Assembly: GCA_044892525.1 (NCBI GenBank)
Contig: CM097887.1
Span: 128,194,397 to 128,258,396, forward strand
Direction of reading: 5' to 3'
DNA: 64,000 nucleotides
DNA from: Schmidtea polychroa
Lineage: Eukaryota
Below are positions 64,000 through 64,000 of this stretch, piece after piece (the stretch's first letter is position 1; each line of letters opens with the position of its first letter). A program made the translations under genes and the position numbers. The notes below the pieces were generated by a model that saw only the letters and a list, made by a program, of their open reading frames with translations, was not told where the DNA came from and ran no database searches.

Positions 64000-64000
64000 A

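Larger units (their letters stand above)
58232..64000 (+). mobile_element. Maverick/Polinton, left portion
   Basis: AGTAGT candidate terminus at 58232, intact pPolB, further compact ORFs to the window edge. Confidence 0.85.

Overview
AT-rich eukaryotic genomic DNA, most likely an invertebrate animal (49-nt GT-AG intron, rhodopsin-class GPCR, metazoan-type HSCB; the species cannot be fixed from sequence). It has three N gaps and is dominated by mobile DNA. Host genes are few: an intronless 7TM GPCR running off the left edge (missing from the ORF track), HSCB head-to-head with a harmonin-N-like-domain gene, and an NPF-motif last exon. Mobile DNA comprises solo Ty3/gypsy-type LTRs with 4-bp TSDs, hAT, piggyBac, MULE, Tc1/IS630 and Helitron remnants, MITEs, a Penelope-type hammerhead ribozyme element, and the left end of a Maverick/Polinton with an intact 1425-aa protein-primed PolB. 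Four observations stand out. (1) An LTR retroelement at ~22.1-31.6 kb (minus, tRNA-Trp PBS) has no recognisable pol, and its gag is followed by a ubiquitin-like domain and a Bcl-2-like domain. (2) An unassigned CxxC/coiled-coil/NLS protein family (ORF-X) occurs in four diverged copies at 7-22 kb with conserved non-coding motifs. (3) A perfect 49-bp inverted repeat starts exactly at the hammerhead cleavage site. (4) Tandem copies of a Polinton-like terminus lie at 53.4-54.0 kb. All calls were made by eye; no database searches were run.
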